Below are positions 29,742 to 40,398 of a stretch of DNA of 64,000 nucleotides, piece after piece. Below the pieces are notes generated by a model that did no database searches, had not been told where the DNA came from, and saw nothing but the letters and a program-made list of their open reading frames with translations. This DNA is from an uncultured Candidatus Saccharibacteria bacterium (GTDB lineage: Bacteria; Patescibacteriota; Doudnabacteria; UBA920). The stretch covers positions 7,287 through 71,286 of the forward strand of contig CAYGEJ010000003.1 of NCBI GenBank assembly GCA_964348935.1, given 5' to 3'. How positions within the stretch are numbered: the first letter of the stretch is position 1; each line of letters begins with the position of its first letter. Made by a program: the position numbers and the translations under genes.

Positions 29742-30125
29742 TTATTGTATTTTATTTTTATCTAAATAATTTTGTAATAATATTTGCGCTGCTAAACTAT
29801 CTATGTTTTTTTTACCACCTGGAAGATTCTGTGCCATTTGGCTGGAGAATCTTTCATCTATTATTTCCACGGGTAATCCGGTTTTACTGCTAACCTGGTC
29901 TTTAAAGCTTCCAACTTCTCTAGTTTTATCTGTCTCCTGTCCATTCATATTTAAAGGCCAGCCTAGGACTATTAACCCAATTGAATTATTTAAAATTAAA
30001 ATATCAAGGCTTGCCCAAAATTCATTTGGTGAAAGTATGTCTAATTCTCTGGCAAAAGTCAGACTTTCGTCCGAAATCGCAAGTCCAATTCTTTTTTCAC
30101 CGTAATCTATTCCAAGTATCTTCAT
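29742..30125 (-). CDS. ruvX: Putative pre-16S rRNA nuclease / Holliday-junction resolvase-like YqgF
   Basis: 127 aa. ILGIDYGEKRIGLAISD N-terminus. Confidence 0.8.
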   Translation of the reverse strand: MKILGIDYGEKRIGLAISDESLTFARELDILSPNEFWASLDILILNNSIGLIVLGWPLNMNGQETDKTREVGSFKDQVSSKTGLPVEIIDERFSSQMAQNLPGGKKNIDSLAAQILLQNYLDKNKIQ

Positions 30126-30129
30126 TATA

Positions 30130-31407
30130 TTATTTACTTTCTCCCAAAGTCACGTTTATATTTTTTTCGCCACCTTTATGATAAACTTTTAAAACTATCA
30201 TATCATCTACTTTAAACTCTTTTAATAAATCTGACAAAGAATTTTGCTCGTCCAGTTTTTTACCATTAACTTCCAAAATAATATCATTTTCTACCAAGCC
30301 CGCTTTATCTGCAGGACTACCCGGAAGAACCGCAAAGTCCGCAGTAGATTGTCCTCTAACTATTAAAGCTCCATAACTTCTGGGTAATTTTTGATCTTCG
30401 GCTAAGCTTTGAGTTAAATTAATATACCTAACCCCTAAAAATACCCGTGTAATTTTTCCATTTTTCTTAAAACTTTCCAATGCTTTAATAGCTTCGTTTG
30501 ATGGAATGGCAAAACCAACCAACTGACCTTGTTGGTCAATTGCGGTATTTATACCAACAACTTCCCCAACAATGTTAAGTAAAGGCCCTCCGCTATTACC
30601 AGGATTAATTGCCGCGTCTGTTTGAATTACACCAGATAGTTCTTCCGTGCCGTCTTGTCCACCGGCTGTTATTTTTCTACCTATGCCGGAAATTATTCCG
30701 GTAGTAACAGTATTTTGGTATTGTCCCAAAGAATTTCCTATTGCTACCACACGCTGTCCAATTTGTACTTTGCTGGAATCTGATAAATTCAAAAAAGGAA
30801 CTCCTTTAACTTCAATTTTTACAAAAGCCAAATCTCCTACCGGATCCTTAGACAGAACTTTGGCTTCATATTTTTTCCCATCTTGAGTTAGGACTGTATA
30901 ACTGGCACTACTGTCTTCCACTACGTGCTTATTCGTTAAAATTAAGCCGTCCTCAGAAATAAAAAACCCGCTTCCGGCACCAATCTGCTGAATATTTGGC
31001 TTGTTAGAATTATCTGTCTGATATTGACTACCATAAAAAAAGTTAAAAAATGGATCTTCGCTAAATGGTCTAAGCCCATAACCCGGAATTTTACTCAAAT
31101 CTTTGGAAACCACAATAGACACTACTGCGTCTTTTGTTTTATTTACAACATCTATAACTGCAGAATCTTCGGTCAAAGTAACTCGCTGACCCGCACCTAC
31201 ACTTATAGAATTTTGCATTAATTTTTGAAAACCTGGCTTTTGCATTAAATACAAGCTACCAAAAGCTCCCCCTAATCCACCAAAAAACACACTTAATATA
31301 ATTACCGGAATTATAAATCTGGAGGTCAAATACTCACTCCCTCCTCCAATATTTACTAAATTATGATCTGCAACTTTATCTACGTGATTATTATTGATTT
31401 CTTGCAT
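30130..31407 (-). CDS. htrA: HtrA/DegP-family serine protease with PDZ domain
   Basis: 425 aa. N-terminal TM, catalytic triad context and GNSGGPLLN. Confidence 0.85.
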   Translation of the reverse strand: MQEINNNHVDKVADHNLVNIGGGSEYLTSRFIIPVIILSVFFGGLGGAFGSLYLMQKPGFQKLMQNSISVGAGQRVTLTEDSAVIDVVNKTKDAVVSIVVSKDLSKIPGYGLRPFSEDPFFNFFYGSQYQTDNSNKPNIQQIGAGSGFFISEDGLILTNKHVVEDSSASYTVLTQDGKKYEAKVLSKDPVGDLAFVKIEVKGVPFLNLSDSSKVQIGQRVVAIGNSLGQYQNTVTTGIISGIGRKITAGGQDGTEELSGVIQTDAAINPGNSGGPLLNIVGEVVGINTAIDQQGQLVGFAIPSNEAIKALESFKKNGKITRVFLGVRYINLTQSLAEDQKLPRSYGALIVRGQSTADFAVLPGSPADKAGLVENDIILEVNGKKLDEQNSLSDLLKEFKVDDMIVLKVYHKGGEKNINVTLGESK

Positions 31408-31532
31408 AAATTCCTATAGTTTGAACCCTATTAATGCTTTATTTATGAATATTTTGGATTCCTAAACCTAATTTATTATATCACAAAATAACTCTTCTAA
31501 ATACGATTTAGAAGAGTTATTAAATACGTTAA

Positions 31533-33047
31533 TTATGGTGCTGGCTCCAAACTAACCCCACTTAAAAGCTTAACTTGAGGAATTGCTATGCAAGTTTTTT
31601 GTTCTTGAAGCACCACTCCTTTAAATACAAATTTATTCAAAAAGGTTTGAGTAATTTGACTAGTAACTTTTTCTACCACAGTAGATTGTTGATCAGAGCG
31701 TCCTTCAGATAAATATCTAACAAATATACCCTGCATTGCACTAACACTGACCGCAACTGGAGTAATGATATTTCCAATAGGATCTCTGGCAGCTTTTTGA
31801 CCCGGACTATTCAACTCAATTCCTGCGGCTTTTTCCGCTGCGACTTGGGCTTGTATGGCAATATCTTTATAGTATAATTCCCACCCACGAGGGTCTGACA
31901 AAAAATTACCCACCCGAGCCATTTTTATATAATAGTCAGGGTCATTCGTATCCAAACTGGCTGGGTCAAACCCTAAATACGTATCGGCTTTGCCTTTAAA
32001 AGCATTGGCGTAGTCAATATTACTCCCACAATTAATTTGCGGTATAAAATTCTTAATCATTACCCTGTCAATTGGATCCTGAACATATTTATTTAAATAA
32101 TCGTTGGCATACTGACCGCTAATTAAAGCATCGGAGTAATACAAAAAATTGGATATCCTATAAGCTTCTTCAATTTTATTGGCCAGCTGGTCTAAAAATG
32201 CCAGCATAAATCTGGCAATTGCCGTAGCAACAATCTCATTTAAAGCTTCCTTAGCTTTTGCCCAAATATCTATTGTGGCCAGTTGCGCATTAGCCACCGG
32301 TATAAACCACTGCTGGTTATCATTTTTCGAAGCTACCAAACGATACTTGATGTTTAAAGTGTTAAATTCATCTTCTGCTACTCTATTAGCTTCAGAAATT
32401 ATTGTATAATTTTTGTACATATTTGACCAAGGATTTTCAACCGAACCAGACATATACTGTTTTGAAGTCTGGAGCAAATCCAGATAGGAATACAGGCCAA
32501 TCAATATCTGTTTATGGAAATTTACCGCCTCTTTAGGGACTGGGGTATTGGTAAATTGTTTTGTGGCTATGGTAATATCGGCAATTAAAACTTCTAGCTT
32601 ATTTTTATTTCCGGACAAGTTAAAAACATCATCTACACCTGCATCTGTAGCATTTTTAATTTTGTCGATAATTGGCGAACTGGATGAAATGTATTTTTCC
32701 AAAGCCACTTTGCCAGTTTCAGAAGTTATTTTTAATTGAGTATTGGCAATAACTGGAATGACAATTTTCTGCTTTATATTCAATTGCTCTTCCACTGCCA
32801 TCCGAACTTCTGACTCGGGTACTATTTCTTTGAATAATTTTTCCTGAGCTTCCGGTGTTGTATTAATTGAGGCTAAATATTTTTTATAAGCTTCTTGGTT
32901 TTTTACAAAGGCATCCTCAATTGCCTGTCTGTTAGTAGGGTCTTCAAAGCCAAATTGGGGCTTACTCCAAAAAGAAACCAGTCCTAATATAATAATTAGG
33001 ACTAGTACGGTTACTAAAGATTGTTTTTGTTGTTTTGTTTCTAACAT
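31533..33047 (-). CDS. Membrane-anchored hypothetical extracytoplasmic protein
   Basis: 504 aa. N-terminal TM and no recognisable motifs. Confidence 0.4.
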   Translation of the reverse strand: MLETKQQKQSLVTVLVLIIILGLVSFWSKPQFGFEDPTNRQAIEDAFVKNQEAYKKYLASINTTPEAQEKLFKEIVPESEVRMAVEEQLNIKQKIVIPVIANTQLKITSETGKVALEKYISSSSPIIDKIKNATDAGVDDVFNLSGNKNKLEVLIADITIATKQFTNTPVPKEAVNFHKQILIGLYSYLDLLQTSKQYMSGSVENPWSNMYKNYTIISEANRVAEDEFNTLNIKYRLVASKNDNQQWFIPVANAQLATIDIWAKAKEALNEIVATAIARFMLAFLDQLANKIEEAYRISNFLYYSDALISGQYANDYLNKYVQDPIDRVMIKNFIPQINCGSNIDYANAFKGKADTYLGFDPASLDTNDPDYYIKMARVGNFLSDPRGWELYYKDIAIQAQVAAEKAAGIELNSPGQKAARDPIGNIITPVAVSVSAMQGIFVRYLSEGRSDQQSTVVEKVTSQITQTFLNKFVFKGVVLQEQKTCIAIPQVKLLSGVSLEPAP

Positions 33048-33093
33048 AGAGACTTATTGTTATTATTATAACACAATATTCTCTTGCTAAATA

Positions 33094-34707
33094 TTATTCA
33101 ATAATCTCTCCACCAAAGACTTTTAAAGCTTCTCCAATCGCATCACTCGCACTAATTGTTAATTTCTCGTCTTTTGCAATAACCTTAGCTAATAAACCAA
33201 TTTTTTCTCCACTAATACTTTCTACAATTGTTTTAATTAAAGCGGTATTTTTTGGGCTTTCTAAATTTTGCTTATCAAAATTAAATTTCGACTGTAATAC
33301 AATTCTGCCTCGCTCCACCCCAATTAACGGGGAGTTCTTTAACAAACTTGCGAGTGGTCCATTTGCCTCTTTGACTTTCGCAATAACTTTTGGCCAAATA
33401 GCTTCAACTTGAGCTAAAGTTAAATTAGAGGTCTCCACCTCTTCTTGCACAGACTCCATTTCTAAAAACTCTGACTCTTGCTTTGTAGGTTTAATTACTG
33501 ACTCTAAAATAGGCTGTTCAACTTTTACTTGCACAGACTCTTGCCCGGCTGGGTTTACAATTACCTGACTTGCCAACAAATTTGCTGGCCGGGATAATAA
33601 ATTAACTTTTTTAAGTGCGCCTTCTAAACTCGCAACCAAAAGTGGCACCTGTGGATCCGGAGAATTCTGCAAGTCCTTATAGGATTTTAAAAATAACCTA
33701 ATTACGTACATTATATCCGTCGCCGAATAACCTTCAGTAAACTTATTTAAGTTAGCGTTTCGTTCTGCACTCAAACCAAAATTTGTGTTATTTTCAGTAA
33801 TTTTAAAAATTAAGGCTTTACGCAAATACTCCAAAAAATCTCGATTGAAAATTACATAATCCAAACCTTTCTCAGTAATACCATTAAAAAAAACTGGAAT
33901 TTCTTTGGCTTGCCCGGTTACAATTAACTCAAGTAATTTTTCGCAAAAACCAATATCTGTCACACCTAAAAGAAGTTGGCATTCTTCAATAGTAACATCT
34001 GCACCCAAAGTTAAAACTTTATCTAATAAAGATAAGGAGTCACGCACGCTACCTTCTGCATTCTGAGCGACCAGCTCTAAAATACTATTATCTAGCTTAA
34101 CTCCTTCTTCCTCACATAATTTTTCCAAATGACTAACTAGGTCGGCCTGGGATAAAGCTTTAAAATCAAACTTTTGTGTTCTGGAAATAATAGTTGCAGG
34201 AACCTTGTTTATTTCGGTGGTGGCTAAAATAAAAATTACATGTTTTGGAGGTTCTTCCAAAGTTTTTAACAGTGCATTAAACGCACTCTTTGAAAGCATA
34301 TGGACTTCGTCAATGATAAATACTTTAAATTTTCCAATTGACGGAGCGAATCTCACATGCTCAATTAAATCTCTAACGTTTTCAACACTGGTATTTGAAG
34401 CGGCATCTATTTCAACCAAATCTATAAAATTCCCTTGTTCCACTGCTTTGCAAACTTCACAAGCACCACACGCATCCCCACTCTCATGCTTATCAACCCC
34501 CGAATCTGATAAAAAACCCTTACAATTAACAGCTTTTGCTAAAATCCTAGCAATTGAGGTTTTTCCAACCCCCCTACTACCTGTAAACAAATATGCATGA
34601 GCAACACCCCCGGACATAACCTGGTTTTTTAAGGTCTGAATAATGAATTTTTGGTTTAAAACATCAGCAAAAGTTTGCGGTCGATATTTCCTATAAAGAA
34701 CAGCCAT
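33094..34707 (-). CDS. dnaX: DNA polymerase III subunit gamma/tau
   Basis: 537 aa. YRPQTFADV, GSRGVGKTS Walker A, Zn module CGACEVC, DEVHML Walker B. Confidence 0.9.
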   Translation of the reverse strand: MAVLYRKYRPQTFADVLNQKFIIQTLKNQVMSGGVAHAYLFTGSRGVGKTSIARILAKAVNCKGFLSDSGVDKHESGDACGACEVCKAVEQGNFIDLVEIDAASNTSVENVRDLIEHVRFAPSIGKFKVFIIDEVHMLSKSAFNALLKTLEEPPKHVIFILATTEINKVPATIISRTQKFDFKALSQADLVSHLEKLCEEEGVKLDNSILELVAQNAEGSVRDSLSLLDKVLTLGADVTIEECQLLLGVTDIGFCEKLLELIVTGQAKEIPVFFNGITEKGLDYVIFNRDFLEYLRKALIFKITENNTNFGLSAERNANLNKFTEGYSATDIMYVIRLFLKSYKDLQNSPDPQVPLLVASLEGALKKVNLLSRPANLLASQVIVNPAGQESVQVKVEQPILESVIKPTKQESEFLEMESVQEEVETSNLTLAQVEAIWPKVIAKVKEANGPLASLLKNSPLIGVERGRIVLQSKFNFDKQNLESPKNTALIKTIVESISGEKIGLLAKVIAKDEKLTISASDAIGEALKVFGGEIIE

Positions 34708-34819
34708 ATGGTATGAATTTAAGTCATTTTATTATATCATCTACCAAGTAAAAAACAAACAGGAACACTTATGTTCCTGCGTTTTATACTAATATTTTTA
34801 ACCAATATGGCTCTAAGCT

Positions 34820-35491
34820 TTATTTCTTAAATACCACCACTTTATAACCAATAAAATTCCAAAATAAGGAAACTCCGGTAGCTAAAATTACAGCAATATT
34901 TTTATTTAAATCCGGGTTAGCAATTGGTTGCCAGTAAGTAGAAATAACTCCGACCAAAGATGAATTAATCCCAAGGCCAATTAATGTGACGGCAAAAAAC
35001 ACTAAAAATGAATGTCCTTGATGATCCCAATCGGAAAGATGAAATCCAAAACGCTTCCATAACACTGTTTCTAAAATCAAATAGACCCCAAGCACTCCGA
35101 CATAATAAATTGGTGGAGCCTGTTGACTAGCGCCTAATAACACAAAAAAAACACCTAAAGTGCCCAAAATTCCCACCTGGATTAAACGAAGAAAATTTTT
35201 AAATATACTTATCCCTTGTTCAGATCCAAAGGTCCAAGTTTTGTTCCATAAATAGCTCTGCAACACTGCAGCTGAAAAACCCACCACCGATACCGCACTT
35301 AACCTTATCCCTTGGTTAATTCCAAGAGCTTTTGATACACCGTTTAAAATTAAAAAATTTAACCCGGTATTTAAAACCCCAATACAACCAAATCTTAAAA
35401 ATTGATAAACAACTGGGTATCTTTCCAAAAAACTGGTCACTTTAAAAGCAATTCCTTTATTCTCAACAACTTGATTGCTATCTATATTCAT
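34820..35491 (-). CDS. GtrA-like polytopic membrane protein
   Basis: 223 aa. The N-terminal FGCIGVLNTGLNFLILN resembles GtrA family. Confidence 0.4.
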   Translation of the reverse strand: MNIDSNQVVENKGIAFKVTSFLERYPVVYQFLRFGCIGVLNTGLNFLILNGVSKALGINQGIRLSAVSVVGFSAAVLQSYLWNKTWTFGSEQGISIFKNFLRLIQVGILGTLGVFFVLLGASQQAPPIYYVGVLGVYLILETVLWKRFGFHLSDWDHQGHSFLVFFAVTLIGLGINSSLVGVISTYWQPIANPDLNKNIAVILATGVSLFWNFIGYKVVVFKK

Positions 35492-35515
35492 AATTCTAAA
35501 TTCAATATTCTAATT

Positions 35516-36136
35516 TTATAATTCTTCATCAACATCCATAATAATTTTACCACTGCCTGCACCCTCACCTAATTCTACATCTGCGTATTTAGTACCTGAC
35601 CCTTTTTTGATTACATTTTCTACCGCTGCCCATTCAGATACGTGACTTTGTGGCACGACAATAGTAACTTCGTCACCAGCTTCGGCTTTAAAATAAGTGA
35701 GCGAAGCTAATAAAACTTTATAAGTTTTGCCTTCGGCTATAACTTTAAAATCACCTTTTTCATCAACCAAAAGAATACCTAATTTTTTAACTCTTTCCAC
35801 AGGTCCAATTTGTTTATAAATAAACGAACCGTCTTCAGAAATTGTAAGTTTAAGAACATCACCTTCAATAAGTTTAGATTTTGAAGCATAATTTGCTGGT
35901 ACAGGGTACTGTTTCTTGTCTGGGCCTATCATATTCTGACCATCAAAGACCCCTTCAATAACTTTCCCGCCTTCAGAAACGCTAAAAGTCATAGCTTTTT
36001 CGGAAAGCTGACTCAAGTTGGCCTTAGTTGCATTTCCACCCATTAATTCGCGCATTATTTGTTTGGCGGATTGAATATTTTTCTCAGCCGAATCTATCAT
36101 TTGCGCCAAAAGCGCTAAATTTGAAATTTTATCCAT
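35516..36136 (-). CDS. Hypothetical protein (first of six co-oriented genes around the T4CP-like ATPase)
   Basis: 206 aa, no motif recognised. Confidence 0.35.
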   Translation of the reverse strand: MDKISNLALLAQMIDSAEKNIQSAKQIMRELMGGNATKANLSQLSEKAMTFSVSEGGKVIEGVFDGQNMIGPDKKQYPVPANYASKSKLIEGDVLKLTISEDGSFIYKQIGPVERVKKLGILLVDEKGDFKVIAEGKTYKVLLASLTYFKAEAGDEVTIVVPQSHVSEWAAVENVIKKGSGTKYADVELGEGAGSGKIIMDVDEEL

Positions 36137-36226
36137 ACTTTTTATTTTATTTTTGTTTCGAGATATTAAATTAAATCTTAACTATTATAACAGCAATCCC
36201 AAAAAGAAGCAAATATACTGAAAATA

Positions 36227-36673
36227 CTACTTAATTCTTAATTCTGGCAATAACTTTGCCTTTTCAGAATTAGAAAGTAAATAATCACAAAATTTTGGGT
36301 ACTTTATACATAACTGCTGAATAGTCATACCGGGCAAGGCGGCTTCCTCCAGGAAATCTGCAGAAGCTTTTAAGTCTTCAGAAATAATTTTAGATGCATA
36401 CTCTTTAATTTCTTTTTCAAAAACTTTTAGATCATTAGCCTCATAACCAAAGTGTAGAGCTTGTTTTAAAGTACTTATTTCCTCAAAATCCTTTTCAATA
36501 TCGGTTAGCATAGACAAAGTCTGATTCTCGTCTCTGCAATTTTTAATTTTAGAAATAACCCTCTGAGAAATCTCGGCTGCACGAGGCAAAGAAGTTCGGC
36601 GGGAACGAATTGCTTCCGCTAAAAACAATGCGACTAAATTATTAAAATTTTGTCCGGGGTATACTGCTTCCAT
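36227..36673 (-). CDS. Hypothetical protein
   Basis: 148 aa, no motif recognised. Confidence 0.35.
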   Translation of the reverse strand: MEAVYPGQNFNNLVALFLAEAIRSRRTSLPRAAEISQRVISKIKNCRDENQTLSMLTDIEKDFEEISTLKQALHFGYEANDLKVFEKEIKEYASKIISEDLKASADFLEEAALPGMTIQQLCIKYPKFCDYLLSNSEKAKLLPELRIK

Positions 36674-36682
36674 AATTTTTAT

Positions 36683-36979
36683 TTAATGATGCCCTCCGCC
36701 ATGGCCGTGCCCATGACCTCCCCCGTGCCCTCCACCATGACCTCCTCCACCACTTGCGCCAAAAAATTCTGCAATTGAATTTTGTGGCTCAGTTACCGCT
36801 CCCACTCCAGCTTCCCAGGCAGAATCAGACAAATTCTCTATCCAGTCGCGCAAACCATTTTTTGCATATATATTTGCAAGGCTAATTACTGGCATTCCCA
36901 CATCAATAATAAATGACTCATCATTACCATGATGATGCGAGTGCGATTCTACATGATGCCCTCCGCCAAGTGCTGACAT
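36683..36979 (-). CDS. His/Gly-rich small protein (candidate metal-binding)
   Basis: 98 aa. N-terminus GGGHHVESHSHHHG, C-terminus GGGGHGGGHGGGHGHGHGGGHH. Confidence 0.5.
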   Translation of the reverse strand: MSALGGGHHVESHSHHHGNDESFIIDVGMPVISLANIYAKNGLRDWIENLSDSAWEAGVGAVTEPQNSIAEFFGASGGGGHGGGHGGGHGHGHGGGHH

Positions 36980-36982
36980 AAG

Positions 36983-37222
36983 TTAAATCTGATAGTTAAA
37001 AATATAATCTCTATCGTTGAGCTTAAACTTCAACTCCTCTAAAAAAGTATAATTCAACGTGTGCTTATTTATAAAAGCTATTAAATCTGCTCTGGTAGTA
37101 ACGTTATCACACACAGCGTAAAATTCTTTTAACAAGAAAACTATATCCTTTTTGGTAACCGTGCGGTTCATAAAGCTAAATGCCAAGAAAGCACAAAATA
37201 TATGAATGTAATTCTCTTCCAT
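36983..37222 (-). CDS. Small hypothetical protein
   Basis: 79 aa. Its start is 4 nt from the upstream neighbour's stop. Confidence 0.3.
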   Translation of the reverse strand: MEENYIHIFCAFLAFSFMNRTVTKKDIVFLLKEFYAVCDNVTTRADLIAFINKHTLNYTFLEELKFKLNDRDYIFNYQI

Positions 37223-37275
37223 AATTAAATCTTATAATAAAACCAAGCTAAATGCAATATTCCCAAATTAAAATT

Positions 37276-39831
37276 CTAAAGCCCTCGTTCAATATCTGGT
37301 AAGGCTTTACTCATATTTTCCGCAACTGCACTGGCCTTCATAATTTCTTCTTCTACCTCCGCTCTTGGCCTGCCGTGTTTTACTCGGGACAATTGACGTA
37401 TTGCTTTTGCCTGTTCCTCGTTACCATTTCTCAAAAGTGGATAAGTGGATACATTAAACGGCTTACTAGCTGTACCATTGATCATTAACTTCATATACGC
37501 GTTATAACGGTCAATATTTACTAGATCAAACTCATTAAAAGTCGGTTTGAATTCCTTTGCCATAACTTCACTGTCTTCCGCACCAATTCGAAAACAAACC
37601 ATACTGCCGGCGTTACCAAATACCGCATCTCTCAAATCTTTACTTGCCGCGCCTTGAGCCCCTGCTGCCTGTTCTAGTTGTCCTAAATATTGATGGGCAA
37701 CAATTAAATTCAACCTGTACTTTCTCGCTTCAGAAAGAATAGAAGAAAAAGCATCAGTTATAAAATTTTGGAACTCATCAACATATAAGTAAAAGTCTGG
37801 GCGGTCTGCTTCTTTAGTATCAGCACGGGACAACGCTGCCATTTGTAGCTTGGAAACTATAATTAAACCGAGTAGTTTAGCATTAATTTCTCCAACTTTT
37901 CCTTTAGCTAAATTAATAAGCAAAATTTTTCGATTATCCATTACTTCTCTAAAATTAAAAGCGGATTTGGATTGACCGACGATGTTGCGCATCATGGAAT
38001 TTTCAACAAACCTACCGACTTTGGATATTAAATAACCGAGCATTTCACTTTTGTGAAAATCGGAAGTTTTTGCCATTTCTTTTTCCCAAAATAATTTTAC
38101 CACCGGATCTTTAAGCTTGCTGACTTTATACTTTTGAAATTCCGTATCGGTAAAAATCCTTGGAATATCTGTAATTGTTCCAGGATGCTCTTCGTCCGCC
38201 ATTAAAGTAAGCATTGCGTTTCTCATATTATGCTCAAACATTGGCCCAAGCATAGCCGGGTCAGTCACTAATTTGTAGAAAATAGAAATCATTTCCTGTA
38301 CTGCAAAATCTTTCTGCTCTTCACTATCCACTTCGAGCATATTCAATCCTAAAGGTCTATCCATATCAAAAGGTTCAAACAGAATAACATCTTCTGCCCG
38401 CTCTTTCGGAATATGCGGTAAAATATCTTCAATAAAATCACCGTGAGGGTCTATAATACAAAGACCCTCACCGTTCTTAATATCCTGAACCGACATATAC
38501 TTCATAATTTCCGTTTTACCACTACCCGTACGCCCAATCACATACATATGACGCCTGCGATCATCCCTCTGCATAAAAACTTTAGTTTCCTGTCCCCGAT
38601 AAATATTTCTACCGAGCAGTAACCCCTCGCTTGGTAAGTTTACTGGTGGCGATGCTTTTTTACTAACCAACCACTTAATATTCGGGGTTTCTATATACGG
38701 AGTTGGTAAGTGCCATAATGAAGCCAGCTCCTCAGTATTAAAAATACTTTTACTGCCATAGTCTCGAAATACTCTAAAGATATAATCTTTTAAAACATCA
38801 TTTTTATCCCGTCTCTTTGTTTTCAATCCGTTAAACGGAGGCATATTGTATTGTAAAAATGAAGATAATAAATTACGCATATGCACATCTGCACTTCCAG
38901 GAATAGAAGATGAAGTAATAATTCTTATATTTGTTTTAAATCCAGGACGACTGGCCTTTTCTTCCAATTTTTTTACTATCTCCTGTTGCATTGGTGTTAA
39001 CTGAATCGGCGAAGAATATCCGGACAGGTCTTTATGCGCATGCGAACCTTGTTGATTGTTTCCACTACCAACACCCGCCAAAGCTTTGCCCAAACTTCTC
39101 ATAAAACCAATAAAAAAACGATAAAAATGTCCCTTCTCAACCATTTCCGGATTCTTACCCTGCTGAATTTCCAAAGCCATATGTCTGGGCCTACCCTGCC
39201 AAGAAGTTCCAGCAGGGCTAATAATATACTGAATTACCGCACCTTCGTTTTCTGCTAATTTACTCATTGCATTGGTCAGTGAATTCAGAGGATCACTTTC
39301 CGTAGTTTTATATGTACGAAATGGATACACTGACTGCTTACTTAACTCCAATTCTGCAACTTCAACTTTACCGTCTTTTTGAAACGGATTATACCCGGGC
39401 ACTTCTTCAATAAAAGCATGCGGATACTGTGCTTGAATTTGTTTTTCCACTAATTGCTGTAAATGCCTTGGGCAATTTACATAAAAAGCAATTTTTTTGT
39501 CGGTACAAGCAATTTCAAAACTAAAATAATCCTTACCTAAAAGCCAGCCCTTATAATGACCACTTTCTGAAAGCGAGGTAAATAATTGCTCTGCTACTGA
39601 AATTAAAAGCTTTTTCTCTTCTTCATTTTTTGGCCGACTATCATCTTTGTCAGGTGAGCCATCTTTTGGCATTTGAATTTCCAAAAATACCCAGTCCTGA
39701 ATTCTTGGTACTATATGTTTGGTATGATACCTATGGATTTTGTAGTAATAAAAAAGAACAGCAAAAAATATTGCTGTCAGTCCAATTAAAACTAGCACTG
39801 TTATATTGAATGTGCTTAACTCAAAAATCAT
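37276..39831 (-). CDS. Membrane-anchored VirD4/TraG/TraD-like (type IV coupling protein-like, FtsK/HerA superfamily) P-loop ATPase
   Basis: 851 aa. N-terminal TM, Walker A VIGRTGSGKT, Walker B FYLYVDEFQNF. The NLIVAHQYLGQLEQAAG...VFGNAGSMVCFRIG segment resembles the TraG-D C-terminal motif. Confidence 0.55.
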   Translation of the reverse strand: MIFELSTFNITVLVLIGLTAIFFAVLFYYYKIHRYHTKHIVPRIQDWVFLEIQMPKDGSPDKDDSRPKNEEEKKLLISVAEQLFTSLSESGHYKGWLLGKDYFSFEIACTDKKIAFYVNCPRHLQQLVEKQIQAQYPHAFIEEVPGYNPFQKDGKVEVAELELSKQSVYPFRTYKTTESDPLNSLTNAMSKLAENEGAVIQYIISPAGTSWQGRPRHMALEIQQGKNPEMVEKGHFYRFFIGFMRSLGKALAGVGSGNNQQGSHAHKDLSGYSSPIQLTPMQQEIVKKLEEKASRPGFKTNIRIITSSSIPGSADVHMRNLLSSFLQYNMPPFNGLKTKRRDKNDVLKDYIFRVFRDYGSKSIFNTEELASLWHLPTPYIETPNIKWLVSKKASPPVNLPSEGLLLGRNIYRGQETKVFMQRDDRRRHMYVIGRTGSGKTEIMKYMSVQDIKNGEGLCIIDPHGDFIEDILPHIPKERAEDVILFEPFDMDRPLGLNMLEVDSEEQKDFAVQEMISIFYKLVTDPAMLGPMFEHNMRNAMLTLMADEEHPGTITDIPRIFTDTEFQKYKVSKLKDPVVKLFWEKEMAKTSDFHKSEMLGYLISKVGRFVENSMMRNIVGQSKSAFNFREVMDNRKILLINLAKGKVGEINAKLLGLIIVSKLQMAALSRADTKEADRPDFYLYVDEFQNFITDAFSSILSEARKYRLNLIVAHQYLGQLEQAAGAQGAASKDLRDAVFGNAGSMVCFRIGAEDSEVMAKEFKPTFNEFDLVNIDRYNAYMKLMINGTASKPFNVSTYPLLRNGNEEQAKAIRQLSRVKHGRPRAEVEEEIMKASAVAENMSKALPDIERGL

Positions 39832-39859
39832 TTATTTTTGTTTTTATATATTTCTAGCT

Positions 39860-40249
39860 CTAACCACCCTTAGACTTTTCCTTAGCGTGTTTTATAAGGG
39901 CTTCCATTGCCTCATAACCGGCTCCTAACTCACTAGCTTTAATCAGATCTATATCACCACTTAACGCACCGGCTAAAACTTCTGGAGAAATGTCTTTATT
40001 CGGAATTGAATTTATGTTTTCTTGACTTCCTGAGTACAAATTTTCTTCAGACACAGGCGCTACCACTACCCCACTATCTATGGCTTTTATTTGTTCTCGT
40101 ATGTCCTCTGCTCGTTTCGGATCTAAATTTTTATCTCCCAACAATATCTCTAAATTTCTTTTTGTCTCATTTTGTTTAGCATTATCAACAAAACCTTCGG
40201 GTACAGGTTGGATTTCAATATTTTGTTGTTTAGATAATTCTGAAGCCAT
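39860..40249 (-). CDS. Hypothetical acidic protein
   Basis: 129 aa, 28 nt upstream of the ATPase. Confidence 0.35.
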   Translation of the reverse strand: MASELSKQQNIEIQPVPEGFVDNAKQNETKRNLEILLGDKNLDPKRAEDIREQIKAIDSGVVVAPVSEENLYSGSQENINSIPNKDISPEVLAGALSGDIDLIKASELGAGYEAMEALIKHAKEKSKGG

Positions 40250-40398
40250 AAATTACTTAACTATTATACCATATAATAACTAAATATTATACACCTTTTT
40301 TAACATTTTGTCAACCATTTTAGAAAAAATACTATAGCTATACATAATATAACTAAACAATGAAGATTTAATAAGTTTAATTTAAAGGGTCACTACTA

